Notes under the pieces: model-generated
What the model saw: only the letters and a program-made list of their open reading frames with translations
What the model was told of the DNA's origin: nothing
Databases searched by the model: none
Position numbers and translations under genes: made by a program
Origin: Spirochaetia bacterium
GTDB lineage: Bacteria; Spirochaetota; Spirochaetia; DSM-2461
Length of the DNA: 64,000 nucleotides
Direction: 5' to 3'
NCBI GenBank assembly: GCA_963666985.2
Contig: CAXXIA010000001.1
Location: 384,001-448,000, forward strand
In this document: piece by piece, positions 49,783 to 59,084 of the stretch
How the letters are laid out: each line of letters begins with the position of its first letter
How positions within the stretch are numbered: the first letter of the stretch is position 1

Positions 49783-51071
49783 CGATCGATAAGGGCGCGC
49801 TTATGCGCCGGAAATTCCTCGTATTCCGCAAGAACGGCCGCATGCGGCCTTAAATCGTCCAGTCCTTCTTTCGTCAGGTAGACCACGCCGGTTTTTTTCT
49901 TAAAATCCGCCACCGATACGCCGGACCAAGTTCGGGCGTTCCCGCCGGTCGGCAGCACGGCATTGGCGCCCACCGAATAATTCGCCGCGGAGAACGGGAC
50001 ATATTCGCCGAGAAGAATTTCTCCGGCGTTTCTGATGCGTCCTAAAACGGCGAACGGATCTTCGGTGCGGATTTGGAGATGTTCGGTGGCGAAACGGTTC
50101 ACCAATTCAATTCCTTCGTCCAAATCGTTTACCAAGAGAATCCCGCCGTACCCGGAGAAAACATCCGATACAAATGTCAGGCGAGGTTCGGGAAGTGATT
50201 TCGCCATCTCCATGAGATGCCTGCCCACTTCTACGGCCAAATCCTTCGAAGGAGTTATCAGCAAGGCAGCCGAATCGGATCCGTGTTCGGCTTCCACCAG
50301 AAGATCCTGCGCGACAAGCCGCGGATTCGGCGTGGAATCCGCCAAAATTATGGATTCCGAAGGTCCCGCCGGCAGACCGCAGTCCAGAACATCGGATAAA
50401 AGCCTTTTCGCCGCGGCGATGTACTTGCTTCCCGGGCCCATGCATTTGTCCACTTTTTGAACAGATTCGGTGCCGTAGGCAAGAGCCGCCCAGGCTTGGG
50501 CCCCTCCGACGGCATAAACTTCTTCGATGCCGCAAAGTTTCGCCACGTAGAGGCATGCCGCATCAACCCGGCCTTCATTATCGGGAGGGCTGGCAAAGGC
50601 GATGCGAGGCACTCCGGCGATGGCGGCGGGAACGGCCATCATATAGAGCATGGAAGGAAAACTCCCGCGGGCTCTCGGAACGTAAAAGGCCGCCGAATCA
50701 ATGGGACGGGTCCGCTCACCGGCTAAGATTCCCTCTCTGATTTCCTTCCACTGTAATCCGTCGGGTGCTTGGTCGGCATGGTAGCGCCGAACATTTTCAA
50801 CCGAGTATTCCAGGGCGGATTTGATTTCATCGGAGAGTGAGGCCTCGGCGTCGGCAAAATGAGATTTCGGCACCCGGATGGAAGCATCCGGCGGAGCATT
50901 GTCGAATCGATGATTATATTCTTTAAGCGCTTCATCGCCTTTTGTTCTTACCGCCTCGATTATTTCAGCCACGATCGGCGTTGTTGCGGCGATGTCCGTT
51001 TCCGAACGGGCAAAGAGTTTTTTTCGGGCATCCTCATCCAGTTCGGACCAGGTGCGGATATTAACGGTCAT
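49779..51071 (-). CDS. hisD: Histidinol dehydrogenase family protein
   Basis: GGAQA, GPG, PAGPSE, EAEH, ATEHL, NAVLPT, AH motifs; no other his genes nearby. Confidence 0.8.
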   Translation of the reverse strand: MTVNIRTWSELDEDARKKLFARSETDIAATTPIVAEIIEAVRTKGDEALKEYNHRFDNAPPDASIRVPKSHFADAEASLSDEIKSALEYSVENVRRYHADQAPDGLQWKEIREGILAGERTRPIDSAAFYVPRARGSFPSMLYMMAVPAAIAGVPRIAFASPPDNEGRVDAACLYVAKLCGIEEVYAVGGAQAWAALAYGTESVQKVDKCMGPGSKYIAAAKRLLSDVLDCGLPAGPSESIILADSTPNPRLVAQDLLVEAEHGSDSAALLITPSKDLAVEVGRHLMEMAKSLPEPRLTFVSDVFSGYGGILLVNDLDEGIELVNRFATEHLQIRTEDPFAVLGRIRNAGEILLGEYVPFSAANYSVGANAVLPTGGNARTWSGVSVADFKKKTGVVYLTKEGLDDLRPHAAVLAEYEEFPAHKRALIDR

Positions 51072-51231
51072 TGTGCCCCCTTGGCAGGCTTTCAGCCGTC
51101 CTAACTCTAGCCGTCAGAGAAGGGCTCATCAAGGGATTCGGATCGTATTCCGGCATGATGGAGGCCGGAAAGAATGAGTCCTTCGGAGGTAAGGAATCTT
51201 TTGAAATCCTCCGCTGTATTCTCACAGCCTG

Positions 51232-51573
51232 CTAAACCAGGGAAATCTCGATGCGTCCGCCGAGTTTAATCACATCGACCGGATTGAGACGGACGGCCTT
51301 CCCCGGTTTTATTCGTTTTTCGTTTATCCAGGTTCCGTTTTTACTACCCGCATCCTCGATATACCAAGCTGTTCGGATACGGCGGATTATGCAATGAATT
51401 CGGGAAACAAGGGGATCGTTGATAACGATGGAATTATTTTTATCTCTGCCGATGCTCATTTCATCGGAGAGTTTCACCCGCTTTCCGTTATGAATGAGGA
51501 ATTTAAGTTCGGCCTTCGGAATTTGTGATAAGCGCAGGCCGACGGGGCTTTTTCCGGAAATAGTTTCGTCCAT
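51232..51573 (-). CDS. Stand-alone FHA domain protein
   Basis: IGRD..VSRIH..SKNGTW. Confidence 0.85.
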   Translation of the reverse strand: MDETISGKSPVGLRLSQIPKAELKFLIHNGKRVKLSDEMSIGRDKNNSIVINDPLVSRIHCIIRRIRTAWYIEDAGSKNGTWINEKRIKPGKAVRLNPVDVIKLGGRIEISLV

Positions 51574-51655
51574 CCGTCCTCCCGGTCAAAACATATCACG
51601 AATTTGTACAAAAAGTTGATTGGCGTAATACAAGATCAATGATTATAATTGCGTT

Positions 51656-52090
51656 ATGAAGGCGAATGCAGACTTCCCTACGATTAATGCGAAAAATCCC
51701 GAAGGAATTGATCCTTCAGGGAATCCCTATCGAGTCCTGCTTGTTGATGATTCGATGTTTGTTCGAAAACAATTGAACCAGATTTTGACATCGGAAGGTT
51801 TTGATGTCGTTGGACAGGCCGAGGATGGTTTACAGGGTCTTGAGCTTTACAAAGAGCTTCATCCAAATGTCGACTTGGTGACTATGGATATTACCATGCC
51901 GAACATGGACGGCCTTACGTGTCTGGAAAAAATTCTTGATTTCGACGGTAAAGCCAAGGTCATTATGATCAGTGCGTTGGGAAAAGAAGACCTTGTAAAG
52001 AAGTCGTTGATAACCGGTGCGAAGAATTATATCGTCAAACCGCTGGATCGAAAGAAAGTTCTGGAACGTATTTCTTCGGTGCTCAAGTAA
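51656..52090 (+). CDS. cheY: CheY-type response regulator
   Basis: VDDS, DITMPNMDG, ISA, KP; N-terminal extension like spirochaete CheY. Confidence 0.8.
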   Translation: MKANADFPTINAKNPEGIDPSGNPYRVLLVDDSMFVRKQLNQILTSEGFDVVGQAEDGLQGLELYKELHPNVDLVTMDITMPNMDGLTCLEKILDFDGKAKVIMISALGKEDLVKKSLITGAKNYIVKPLDRKKVLERISSVLK

Positions 52091-52156
52091 TCGGCGGTTT
52101 CTCGGCCATTGAACCGAACTTTCCTCGGACGTTGATCGTGCCGAGGAGCGAAGTCC

Positions 52157-52891
52157 TTATCGAACGTTTATAATCAGATTCGATTCCAGTTCTTCGGCCC
52201 ATTGTTTAAGGGTTATCTCGTTGGGAGCTTGGATATCGTTCCAAGCCGGATCGAGGGTGTTTCCGGGAACATACGGCTGCCAAATCCATTGGGGAACACC
52301 GTTTAAGAAGGGGCTCATTTGCTGAAGGATTTCTCTGTCAACCAGCGGGGGAACCACGGTTGTACGGACTTCGTAATTCAGTCCCGAATCCGCGAGCAGT
52401 TTGAGAGTTCTGCTTAAAAGTACTTCGGCGCTTTTTTCTTCGGTTCCCTTCCAGCCAAGTTCGCCGTAGCGTTCGGGAAGAGTTTTTAAATCCATGGCGA
52501 TGTAATCAATCATTCCCGATGCAATCATTTCCTCCAGGCGGTCGGGAAGCAGGCCCGCCGTATCCAGTTTTACCGCAAGTCCTTTTTCTTTGACGATTTT
52601 GATGAGTTTCGGCAGCTGAGGATTTAAGAGCGCTTCTCCGCCGGAAAAAGCCACACCGCCTAAAACCGACGATCTTTTGTCTATAAAGGTTCGAAACATC
52701 CGCGCATCGGCATTGAATGTTTCTTCCCCCGCATCGCTGTTTCCCGGATAGCGGACAGGATCGACGAATTCAGGATTGTGGCAGTAAGGACAGCGGAGGT
52801 TGCAACCCGGAAGGAAAACGGCCGCCGCCACTTTGCCCGGAAAGTCGAGCAAAGTGGTTTTTACCAGAGCGAATCGATGTGTTCCGGTCAA
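52157..52891 (-). CDS. nrdG: Anaerobic RNR activating radical-SAM enzyme
   Basis: CNLRCPYCHN, SGGE; last gene of the nrd operon. Confidence 0.88.
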   Translation of the reverse strand: MTGTHRFALVKTTLLDFPGKVAAAVFLPGCNLRCPYCHNPEFVDPVRYPGNSDAGEETFNADARMFRTFIDKRSSVLGGVAFSGGEALLNPQLPKLIKIVKEKGLAVKLDTAGLLPDRLEEMIASGMIDYIAMDLKTLPERYGELGWKGTEEKSAEVLLSRTLKLLADSGLNYEVRTTVVPPLVDREILQQMSPFLNGVPQWIWQPYVPGNTLDPAWNDIQAPNEITLKQWAEELESNLIINVR

Positions 52892-52921
52892 GAGAGAATT
52901 CCTTGATGGCGGATCAGTCGA

Positions 52922-53467
52922 TTAGGCGCCGGCAACGGCCGCGAGTCCGGCTTGTGCTTCAAGCGCGGCGACGGTGCTCCCTCGGCCTGTTTCATTCCCC
53001 AAGGAATCGAGGAAAACAACCGTCGGAGCCGCCGTTATGTCGTACAGGCCCGCTTCGTGCATTCCGGATTCACGGTCGACATCAATCCGTCTTCCTTCCA
53101 GACCGGATCGTTCAAGCCAATCCGCCACGGGCGGGCAGTTGGGGCATGTTTTTCTAAAAAAATAGAGGTATTCGGCGGGATTTGCTTCTCCGGCGAAAAG
53201 AAGTTCCTTTTGAGGTTCCGTCTCTTGAACCACGGTGAGGGAAATCGATGAGTCTGTTTTGCTTTTCAGGGACCCGGCGGTTACGGACGGCTTATAATTT
53301 GTGTAATTAACACGCTGTCCGAATTCTTCTTTTTTGCCTTTGTTCCAATTACGTACCGAGCGATAATAACCGACGATACGGGCATAAACCTCGGTTTCCA
53401 TGCCCTGCACCTGTTTCCGCTGATCTTTGAGCTCTTCCAGGCGCGTGTTGATTTGGTCCACTGTCAT
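52922..53467 (-). CDS. NrdD glycyl-radical segment fused to a thioredoxin/glutaredoxin-like domain
   Basis: EVYARIVGYYRSVRNWNKGKKEEF; C-terminal TCPNCPP..APTVVF; ATGA overlap with nrdD and own SD GGAGG. Confidence 0.85.
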   Translation of the reverse strand: MTVDQINTRLEELKDQRKQVQGMETEVYARIVGYYRSVRNWNKGKKEEFGQRVNYTNYKPSVTAGSLKSKTDSSISLTVVQETEPQKELLFAGEANPAEYLYFFRKTCPNCPPVADWLERSGLEGRRIDVDRESGMHEAGLYDITAAPTVVFLDSLGNETGRGSTVAALEAQAGLAAVAGA

Positions 53468-55590
53468 ACTGTTTCTTCCTCCAGCAGCTGTTTTTTTGAT
53501 TCGAGTTCGGCGATTTCTTGATCAATTGCCGCCTCTTTTTCCGCCCGGCATTTCGGGCATTCAAAATGTTCACCCTCGAGATAGCCATGAACGGGGCAAA
53601 CTGAAAAAACCGGGGAAACCGTGAAACAGGGAAGACGGTATCCGGTCGCGATGGTTTTCACCAATTCGCGACAGGCCTCCCAGTCCTTGATCCGTTCTCC
53701 CAAGAAACAATGAAACATCGTTCCACCGGTATATTTCGTCTGCAGTTCGTCCTGCAGGTCGAGAGCATCGAAAACATCGTGTGTGAAGTCCACGGGCAAT
53801 TGCGTGGAGTTCGTGTAATACGGTTCATCCGAACCGGCCGTGATTATCTCCGGGTAGTGCTTTTTGTCGTGCTTGGCCAGACGGTAGCTGGTGCTTTCCG
53901 CGGGGGAAGCCTCCAGATTGAACAGATCGCCCGTTTCTTCCTGATAATCGGCCATTCGTCCGCGCATGAAGTCCAGAATCTCCAAGGCGAAGTTTCGTGC
54001 CGCCGGATCGGTGATGGGTTTACCCATGAAATTCAGCAGACATTCATTCATTCCCACCAAGCCGATTGTGTTGAAATGGTTGTTCAGATGTTTGAGATAA
54101 CGGCGTGTATAGGGGAAGAGGCCGGCATCAAAAAGGTGGTTTATTACTTTTCGTTTCGCGATAAGCGATTCGGCGGCAAGATCCATCATGCGGCCGAGGC
54201 GGCCGTAGAAATCGGCTTCCGAATTCGACAGATAGCCGATTCTGGGCATGTTGATGGTTACGACGCCGAGAGAGCCCGTGAATTCGTCCGATCCGAAAAG
54301 ACCCCCGCCGCGTTTGCGCAGTTCCCGTTTATCCAGCCTGAGCCTGCAGCACATGGACCTGACATCTTCGGGATTCAAATCCGAATTGATGAAATTCTGG
54401 AAATTGGGTGTACCGAATTTCGAAGTCATTTCAAAAAGGAGTTTGGCGTTCGGTGAATTCCAGTCGAAATCCGGGGTGATGTTGTAGGTCGGTATCGGAT
54501 AGGCGAATCCGCGGCCGTTGGCATCTCCTTCGAGCATCAGTTCGATAAATGCCTTGTTGATCATGTCCATTTCAACGCGGCAGTCCCCGTAGGTGAAATC
54601 CAGTTCCTCTCCGCCCACGACGGCCGGCCGGTCTTTCAGATCCGAGGGGCAGACCCAATCCAGCGTTATGTTGGTAAAGGGGGCCTGACTTCCCCAGCGC
54701 GAGGGAGTATTAACGCCGAAAATGAAACTCTGGAGAGACTGCTTAACCTGTTTATAGGAGAGTTTATCCGTCCGTACAAACGGGGCCAGGTAGGTATCGA
54801 AACTGGACAAAGCCTGAGCTCCCGCCCATTCGTTCTGCATGATGCCCAGGAAGTTCACCATCTGGAACATCAGCGTGGACATATGCGATGCCGGTTTTGA
54901 GGCGATTTTATCACGAACTCCGCCGAGTCCTTCGGCAATTAATTGTCTCAAGGACCAGCCGGCACAGTAGCCGGAAAACATGGACAGATCATGAATGTGC
55001 ATGGCTCCCGAGCGATGGGCTTCGGCGACCGCTTCCGAGTAGACGTTTTTCAGCCAGTAATTGGCCGTAATGGTTCCCGAATTGTGGAGGATGAGCCCAC
55101 CGAGGGAGAAATTGACGTTGGCGTTCTCATTAACGCGCCAATCGGATCGGGAAAGGTATCCGTCCATCGTATCGTTGATATCGAGCATCAGGGCTTTTGC
55201 TTCCCGAATACCTTCGCGGCGGGCCCTATAGAGGATGTAGGATTTTACAAGAGCGGCGTCTCCGTTCGTTATAAGAGCCTTCTCCACGAGATCTTGGATT
55301 TCTTCCACGGCCGGAGCGGAATTGGGATGACGGCTGTCCATGAATTCGCGCAGAGAATCTTCAACCGCATCGGTAATTTTCGATGCCGTTTCTTCCGCGT
55401 CGCTTTGGGAGTGGCCATTGGCCATGACTGCTTTGGCCACGGCGCTTTCAATCCTCGAACGATCGTAATGAACCACACGGCCGTCTCTTTTTACGATTCT
55501 TTTCACGGGGAATTCGGACATAGGCATAACGCTTTCGTGTGAAATCCCAACAAGAGCCTTCCAATCCGTCGTATTGTTTTGCTCGCTCAT
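53464..55590 (-). CDS. nrdD: Class III ribonucleoside-triphosphate reductase large subunit (ATP cone; lacks the Gly-radical tail)
   Basis: IVKRDG ATP cone, HIHDL, GYCAGW, RSMCCRL, PAES, YTGGT, CPVHGY..CPKC. Confidence 0.93.
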   Translation of the reverse strand: MSEQNNTTDWKALVGISHESVMPMSEFPVKRIVKRDGRVVHYDRSRIESAVAKAVMANGHSQSDAEETASKITDAVEDSLREFMDSRHPNSAPAVEEIQDLVEKALITNGDAALVKSYILYRARREGIREAKALMLDINDTMDGYLSRSDWRVNENANVNFSLGGLILHNSGTITANYWLKNVYSEAVAEAHRSGAMHIHDLSMFSGYCAGWSLRQLIAEGLGGVRDKIASKPASHMSTLMFQMVNFLGIMQNEWAGAQALSSFDTYLAPFVRTDKLSYKQVKQSLQSFIFGVNTPSRWGSQAPFTNITLDWVCPSDLKDRPAVVGGEELDFTYGDCRVEMDMINKAFIELMLEGDANGRGFAYPIPTYNITPDFDWNSPNAKLLFEMTSKFGTPNFQNFINSDLNPEDVRSMCCRLRLDKRELRKRGGGLFGSDEFTGSLGVVTINMPRIGYLSNSEADFYGRLGRMMDLAAESLIAKRKVINHLFDAGLFPYTRRYLKHLNNHFNTIGLVGMNECLLNFMGKPITDPAARNFALEILDFMRGRMADYQEETGDLFNLEASPAESTSYRLAKHDKKHYPEIITAGSDEPYYTNSTQLPVDFTHDVFDALDLQDELQTKYTGGTMFHCFLGERIKDWEACRELVKTIATGYRLPCFTVSPVFSVCPVHGYLEGEHFECPKCRAEKEAAIDQEIAELESKKQLLEEETV

Positions 55591-55603
55591 CTTCCAGGTT
55601 CTC

Positions 55604-56107
55604 CTAAAACAATTCGCCGGCCGATTCGGTTTGCGTGGCGGTTGTATTCGTTTCCGATCCTAATTCCTCGATGACTCGGATGAATTCATCGACATCCTCA
55701 AATTGACGATATACGGAGGCGAAACGGACATAGGCCACTTTGTCCAGGGAAAAGAGTTTCTCCAGGACCAAGTCTCCTATGGTTTCGCTCCGGATTTCAT
55801 GCGTGGAGCGGCTCATCATGGCGGCTTCATCTTCTATCGAATGAAGAACATCTTCTATGTCCGAGTGAATTACCGGCCGTTTCTCCAAAGCCCTCATGAC
55901 GCCGTGCTCGATTTTTTTAACATCAAAGGACTCCCGACGCCCGGATTTTTTAATAACCATAATGGGGACTTCTTCGATATGTTCATACGAAGTAAAGCGA
56001 TAACCGCATCCGATGCATTCTCTTCGTCTTCGTATGGTTGTTCCGCTCTGGTTTTGGCGCGATTCAATAACTTTATCTTCTGCCAGGCCGCACAACGGAC
56101 ATTTCAC
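55604..56107 (-). CDS. nrdR: Transcriptional repressor NrdR
   Basis: KCPLC, RRRRECIGCGYRFTSYE, VAYVRFASVY; GTG start after SD GGAGG. Confidence 0.95.
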   Translation of the reverse strand: MKCPLCGLAEDKVIESRQNQSGTTIRRRRECIGCGYRFTSYEHIEEVPIMVIKKSGRRESFDVKKIEHGVMRALEKRPVIHSDIEDVLHSIEDEAAMMSRSTHEIRSETIGDLVLEKLFSLDKVAYVRFASVYRQFEDVDEFIRVIEELGSETNTTATQTESAGELF

Positions 56108-56130
56108 AATAAATCGAGCCCTCCGGAAAA

Positions 56131-56187
56131 ACTCCATATGTAGGTGTTTATCAGCTAATGAAAATGTTAGCACGCCATATATGGAAT
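56131..56187. promoter_or_regulatory. Tandem NrdR boxes overlapping the operon promoter
   Basis: actCcATATgTaGgtg (56131-56146) and acgCcATATATgGaat (56172-56187), 41 bp apart; minus-strand promoter TTGAAG-N18-TAACAT. Confidence 0.8.
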
Positions 56188-56324
56188 CTTCAAGCTGAAA
56201 CGAAAGATTTCATAAAAAAAATCACGGCTCTTCTTGTATGGTGAACATGCGAATACTGAAAGACGGTATTATAAGGTCTTTTTTAAGCCGACTAGGCACG
56301 GAATTCGCATGGAAAACAAGCGGT

Positions 56325-58478
56325 TTAGAGACGGATTTCGGCGCGGGCGCGCCTGATGATCGTATCTTCCAGGTCCGTTCGATTCACCGACGGCGGATCA
56401 ATCGGATTTTTCCAGGAGGCAACGGCGCGTAAAACAAGTTTCGCATCTCCGTTAACCGTGAATCTCAAGTCAAGCGGGAAGGGAGGATTCGCCCCGAGAT
56501 AAATGATTGCATTTGTTCCGCTCGGAGACATTCCGAAAGGATAATTCGCCTCATGGAGCGTGAATGGAGATAAGGAATGGAGCGAGATTTCAAGGCTTGA
56601 AGGAGCATCATCTCCCCGGATCGTGACGGCTACGGTTCGGCGTCCGAGAAAAGTTCGTGATGTTTCCTCCATCTTCAACGGTATAATGCTCGGTTGTGTC
56701 TGAATCTCAGCCTTCCGGCCGATGTCCTCCAGGGCATAATCGATTCCGTCCAGAGAGAGAACGGCATCACCCACAGGTCCGGGACTGCTGAGTTCCAGCT
56801 TTCTGCTGCCTTTAACAAGATCGATGTCGTCGATAAGAATTACGGGCTGCGGCGAGCCGGGACCGTACGGATGAAGTCCGAGTATCCAGATCAGCGTGAT
56901 AATCGCCATCAGGCTTAGGGTTAGGGTTGCGGCGGGCGTGACGATAATCAATCTGATTCGCTGATAGTGAATGCGCCAATAGCTGAGGCTTACGATACCG
57001 AATATCAGCGGGAGCAGAGTCAGAGTCAAAATGATATTGGCGGAGATGCGGTTCAGCAGCATGTATTGCAGAATGGGATAATAGGGCTCTTTGACAACGA
57101 CAACGGCCCCAATGAGATAAGGCAGCTGCGCGAGGATCAGAAGCGGTATTTTTCTCTGAACATTCTTCGAGATGGTGAAAAGAAGAAGGATGATAATAAC
57201 TAAAAGGGCATAGAAAGCCATCGTAACATCAAGCGCCATGAGTACAAGTAAAAAGAGGATTGAGGAAAAAATGGCTCCGTAGGAATAAAAATGAGGTGAG
57301 CGCGGCAGCGGAAGACCTTGTGTTATCAGAATGAAATTCAGTGTAAGGGCACCGGTAACGGCAAGTTTGAAGAAAATGAAAATTCCCGGTGCGTGCTTCC
57401 AAAGATCCGGGAAGTTGGCAAGGAGGATGGATTCTTCAACGATAAGCGTTGACAGGAAGAGAAAAAGAAATACCAGGATGAAAAGGAGAGGCCAAGTCCA
57501 CCAGAATCGGGCGAACCGTTTGAGATTCAGTCTGATTTTTCTCAATTGAAACAGCGGTGTTATTAAGAGAATAACGGATATGGCCAGGAACACACCGATA
57601 TAGGGCAGTTCCGGGATGAGTTTTGGAGCGGAACTTGAAAGCGGACGAAGGAATATATAGGTACGCTCATCTTCGTCGGGGAGAGCGTCGAAATCCCGGT
57701 CGAGGGTTTTCATCGCCGTAAGGAATCGTGTGATAAGCCGATCTTCCTTCCCCTGTTCGGCTTTCCCTTCTCCGGCCAGTCTGATGGATGGAATGCCCGC
57801 TTCAAGCCAGGAGGCCAACGCACCGACATCTCCCTGCAGTCCCAATCGCGCCGCGTGAATATCGGTCCCTCTCATCCGATAAGGGATGTATTCCGATGAA
57901 ATAACTTGCGCCGTTTTCTCCACAAGCCAATACGGCGAGACCGTTCCGTTCCCGCCGATTTGGAACCGCCACAGATCGGGAACAACCTCGCTGTCCAAAT
58001 AGATAACGAAAAGATCTTCCCGACCGCCGAACATTTCCGCGGCGAGTCTGCTTCCATACGGATGGAATTCGGTTTCTCCCCGTTCGGCGCCAAGGAACGC
58101 CAGAATGATTGTGTGTTTCGGGGGATTGATTTTTAAATCTGAGGCAAGCTCCAAAAGCAGGGCCGTCGAGTAGGCTCCATCGTCGATAGGCGCGGCAAAA
58201 ATAATTCGTTCGGAACGGCTTCCCTGTATCGTCGCAATCAGATTCGAGGAGAACGAATGCCCCCTGTCCCCCGAATCAAGCGGCAGCCGCTCATACGGGA
58301 TATTATTTTCACTCAGAAATCCGGCGATGTAATTAATGGCCTTGAGTTCTCCCTCGGTTCCGTCGGAGCGATCCTGAAAGCCGGAAAGTACGGAACTATG
58401 GGCTTCAACGTCCCTCGGTGAAGCCGTAAGGGGAAAAATCATGAGGAAAAAGAAAAATGCCGTTATCCAACGCCGCAT
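56325..58478 (-). CDS. Membrane protein with N-terminal M28 peptidase-like domain
   Basis: Signal peptide, NLIATIQG..LLELA..FLGAE..IYLD, then ~9 TM. Confidence 0.6.
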   Translation of the reverse strand: MRRWITAFFFFLMIFPLTASPRDVEAHSSVLSGFQDRSDGTEGELKAINYIAGFLSENNIPYERLPLDSGDRGHSFSSNLIATIQGSRSERIIFAAPIDDGAYSTALLLELASDLKINPPKHTIILAFLGAERGETEFHPYGSRLAAEMFGGREDLFVIYLDSEVVPDLWRFQIGGNGTVSPYWLVEKTAQVISSEYIPYRMRGTDIHAARLGLQGDVGALASWLEAGIPSIRLAGEGKAEQGKEDRLITRFLTAMKTLDRDFDALPDEDERTYIFLRPLSSSAPKLIPELPYIGVFLAISVILLITPLFQLRKIRLNLKRFARFWWTWPLLFILVFLFLFLSTLIVEESILLANFPDLWKHAPGIFIFFKLAVTGALTLNFILITQGLPLPRSPHFYSYGAIFSSILFLLVLMALDVTMAFYALLVIIILLLFTISKNVQRKIPLLILAQLPYLIGAVVVVKEPYYPILQYMLLNRISANIILTLTLLPLIFGIVSLSYWRIHYQRIRLIIVTPAATLTLSLMAIITLIWILGLHPYGPGSPQPVILIDDIDLVKGSRKLELSSPGPVGDAVLSLDGIDYALEDIGRKAEIQTQPSIIPLKMEETSRTFLGRRTVAVTIRGDDAPSSLEISLHSLSPFTLHEANYPFGMSPSGTNAIIYLGANPPFPLDLRFTVNGDAKLVLRAVASWKNPIDPPSVNRTDLEDTIIRRARAEIRL

Positions 58479-58555
58479 GAAACACAAACTAGGCTTCACG
58501 ATCATCCTCGTCAAGAAGCTTCCTGTCTTATGCCGGTCGTGTTATTCTATGGTAT

Positions 58556-59065
58556 ATGGATATTCTGGCGTTTATCCGGGATCGCTTTACGGCGAAGTCG
58601 TTCGATGGTAAAGCGGTGGATAACTCTATTCTCGACCGCATATTGGAAGCGGGGCGGCTGGCGCCGTCGGCAAAGAATCGGCAGGCATGGCGATTTGTTG
58701 CGGTCCGTAGAGAAGAAATGAAGAAATCTCTTGCCGAGGCATGCTATGGGGATGAAAGGGTTCTTAATGCCGGATGCGTTATCGCGGCTTGTACAACGAA
58801 TATTCATTATACCATGCCCAATGGTCAGCCGAGTTATCCTCTTGATCTCGGATTCGCCGTTTCCTACATGGCGCTTCAGGCGCAGTGTGAAGGATTGGGT
58901 ACGGCGCTACTGGCAACTTACGATGAGGATTCGGTGAAAAAACTTCTCACGGTTCCTTATGCCATGCGGGTGGTCCTGCTTCTTGCGATCGGCCATACAT
59001 CGGATACTCCCCCTTACAAGGATCGGCTGCCGAAAGATCGGGTTATCAGCTACGATCATTGGTAG
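58556..59065 (+). CDS. Nitroreductase family protein
   Basis: LAPSAKNRQAWRF, EGLGT. Confidence 0.88.
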   Translation: MDILAFIRDRFTAKSFDGKAVDNSILDRILEAGRLAPSAKNRQAWRFVAVRREEMKKSLAEACYGDERVLNAGCVIAACTTNIHYTMPNGQPSYPLDLGFAVSYMALQAQCEGLGTALLATYDEDSVKKLLTVPYAMRVVLLLAIGHTSDTPPYKDRLPKDRVISYDHW

Positions 59066-59084
59066 GATAGGATCTCAATAAGAC

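Noticed and set aside
53440..53500. nrdD broken by a sequencing frameshift
   Set aside because: The ATGA overlap, a good SD and helical extensions on both sides of the break favour a genuine split; not formally excluded.
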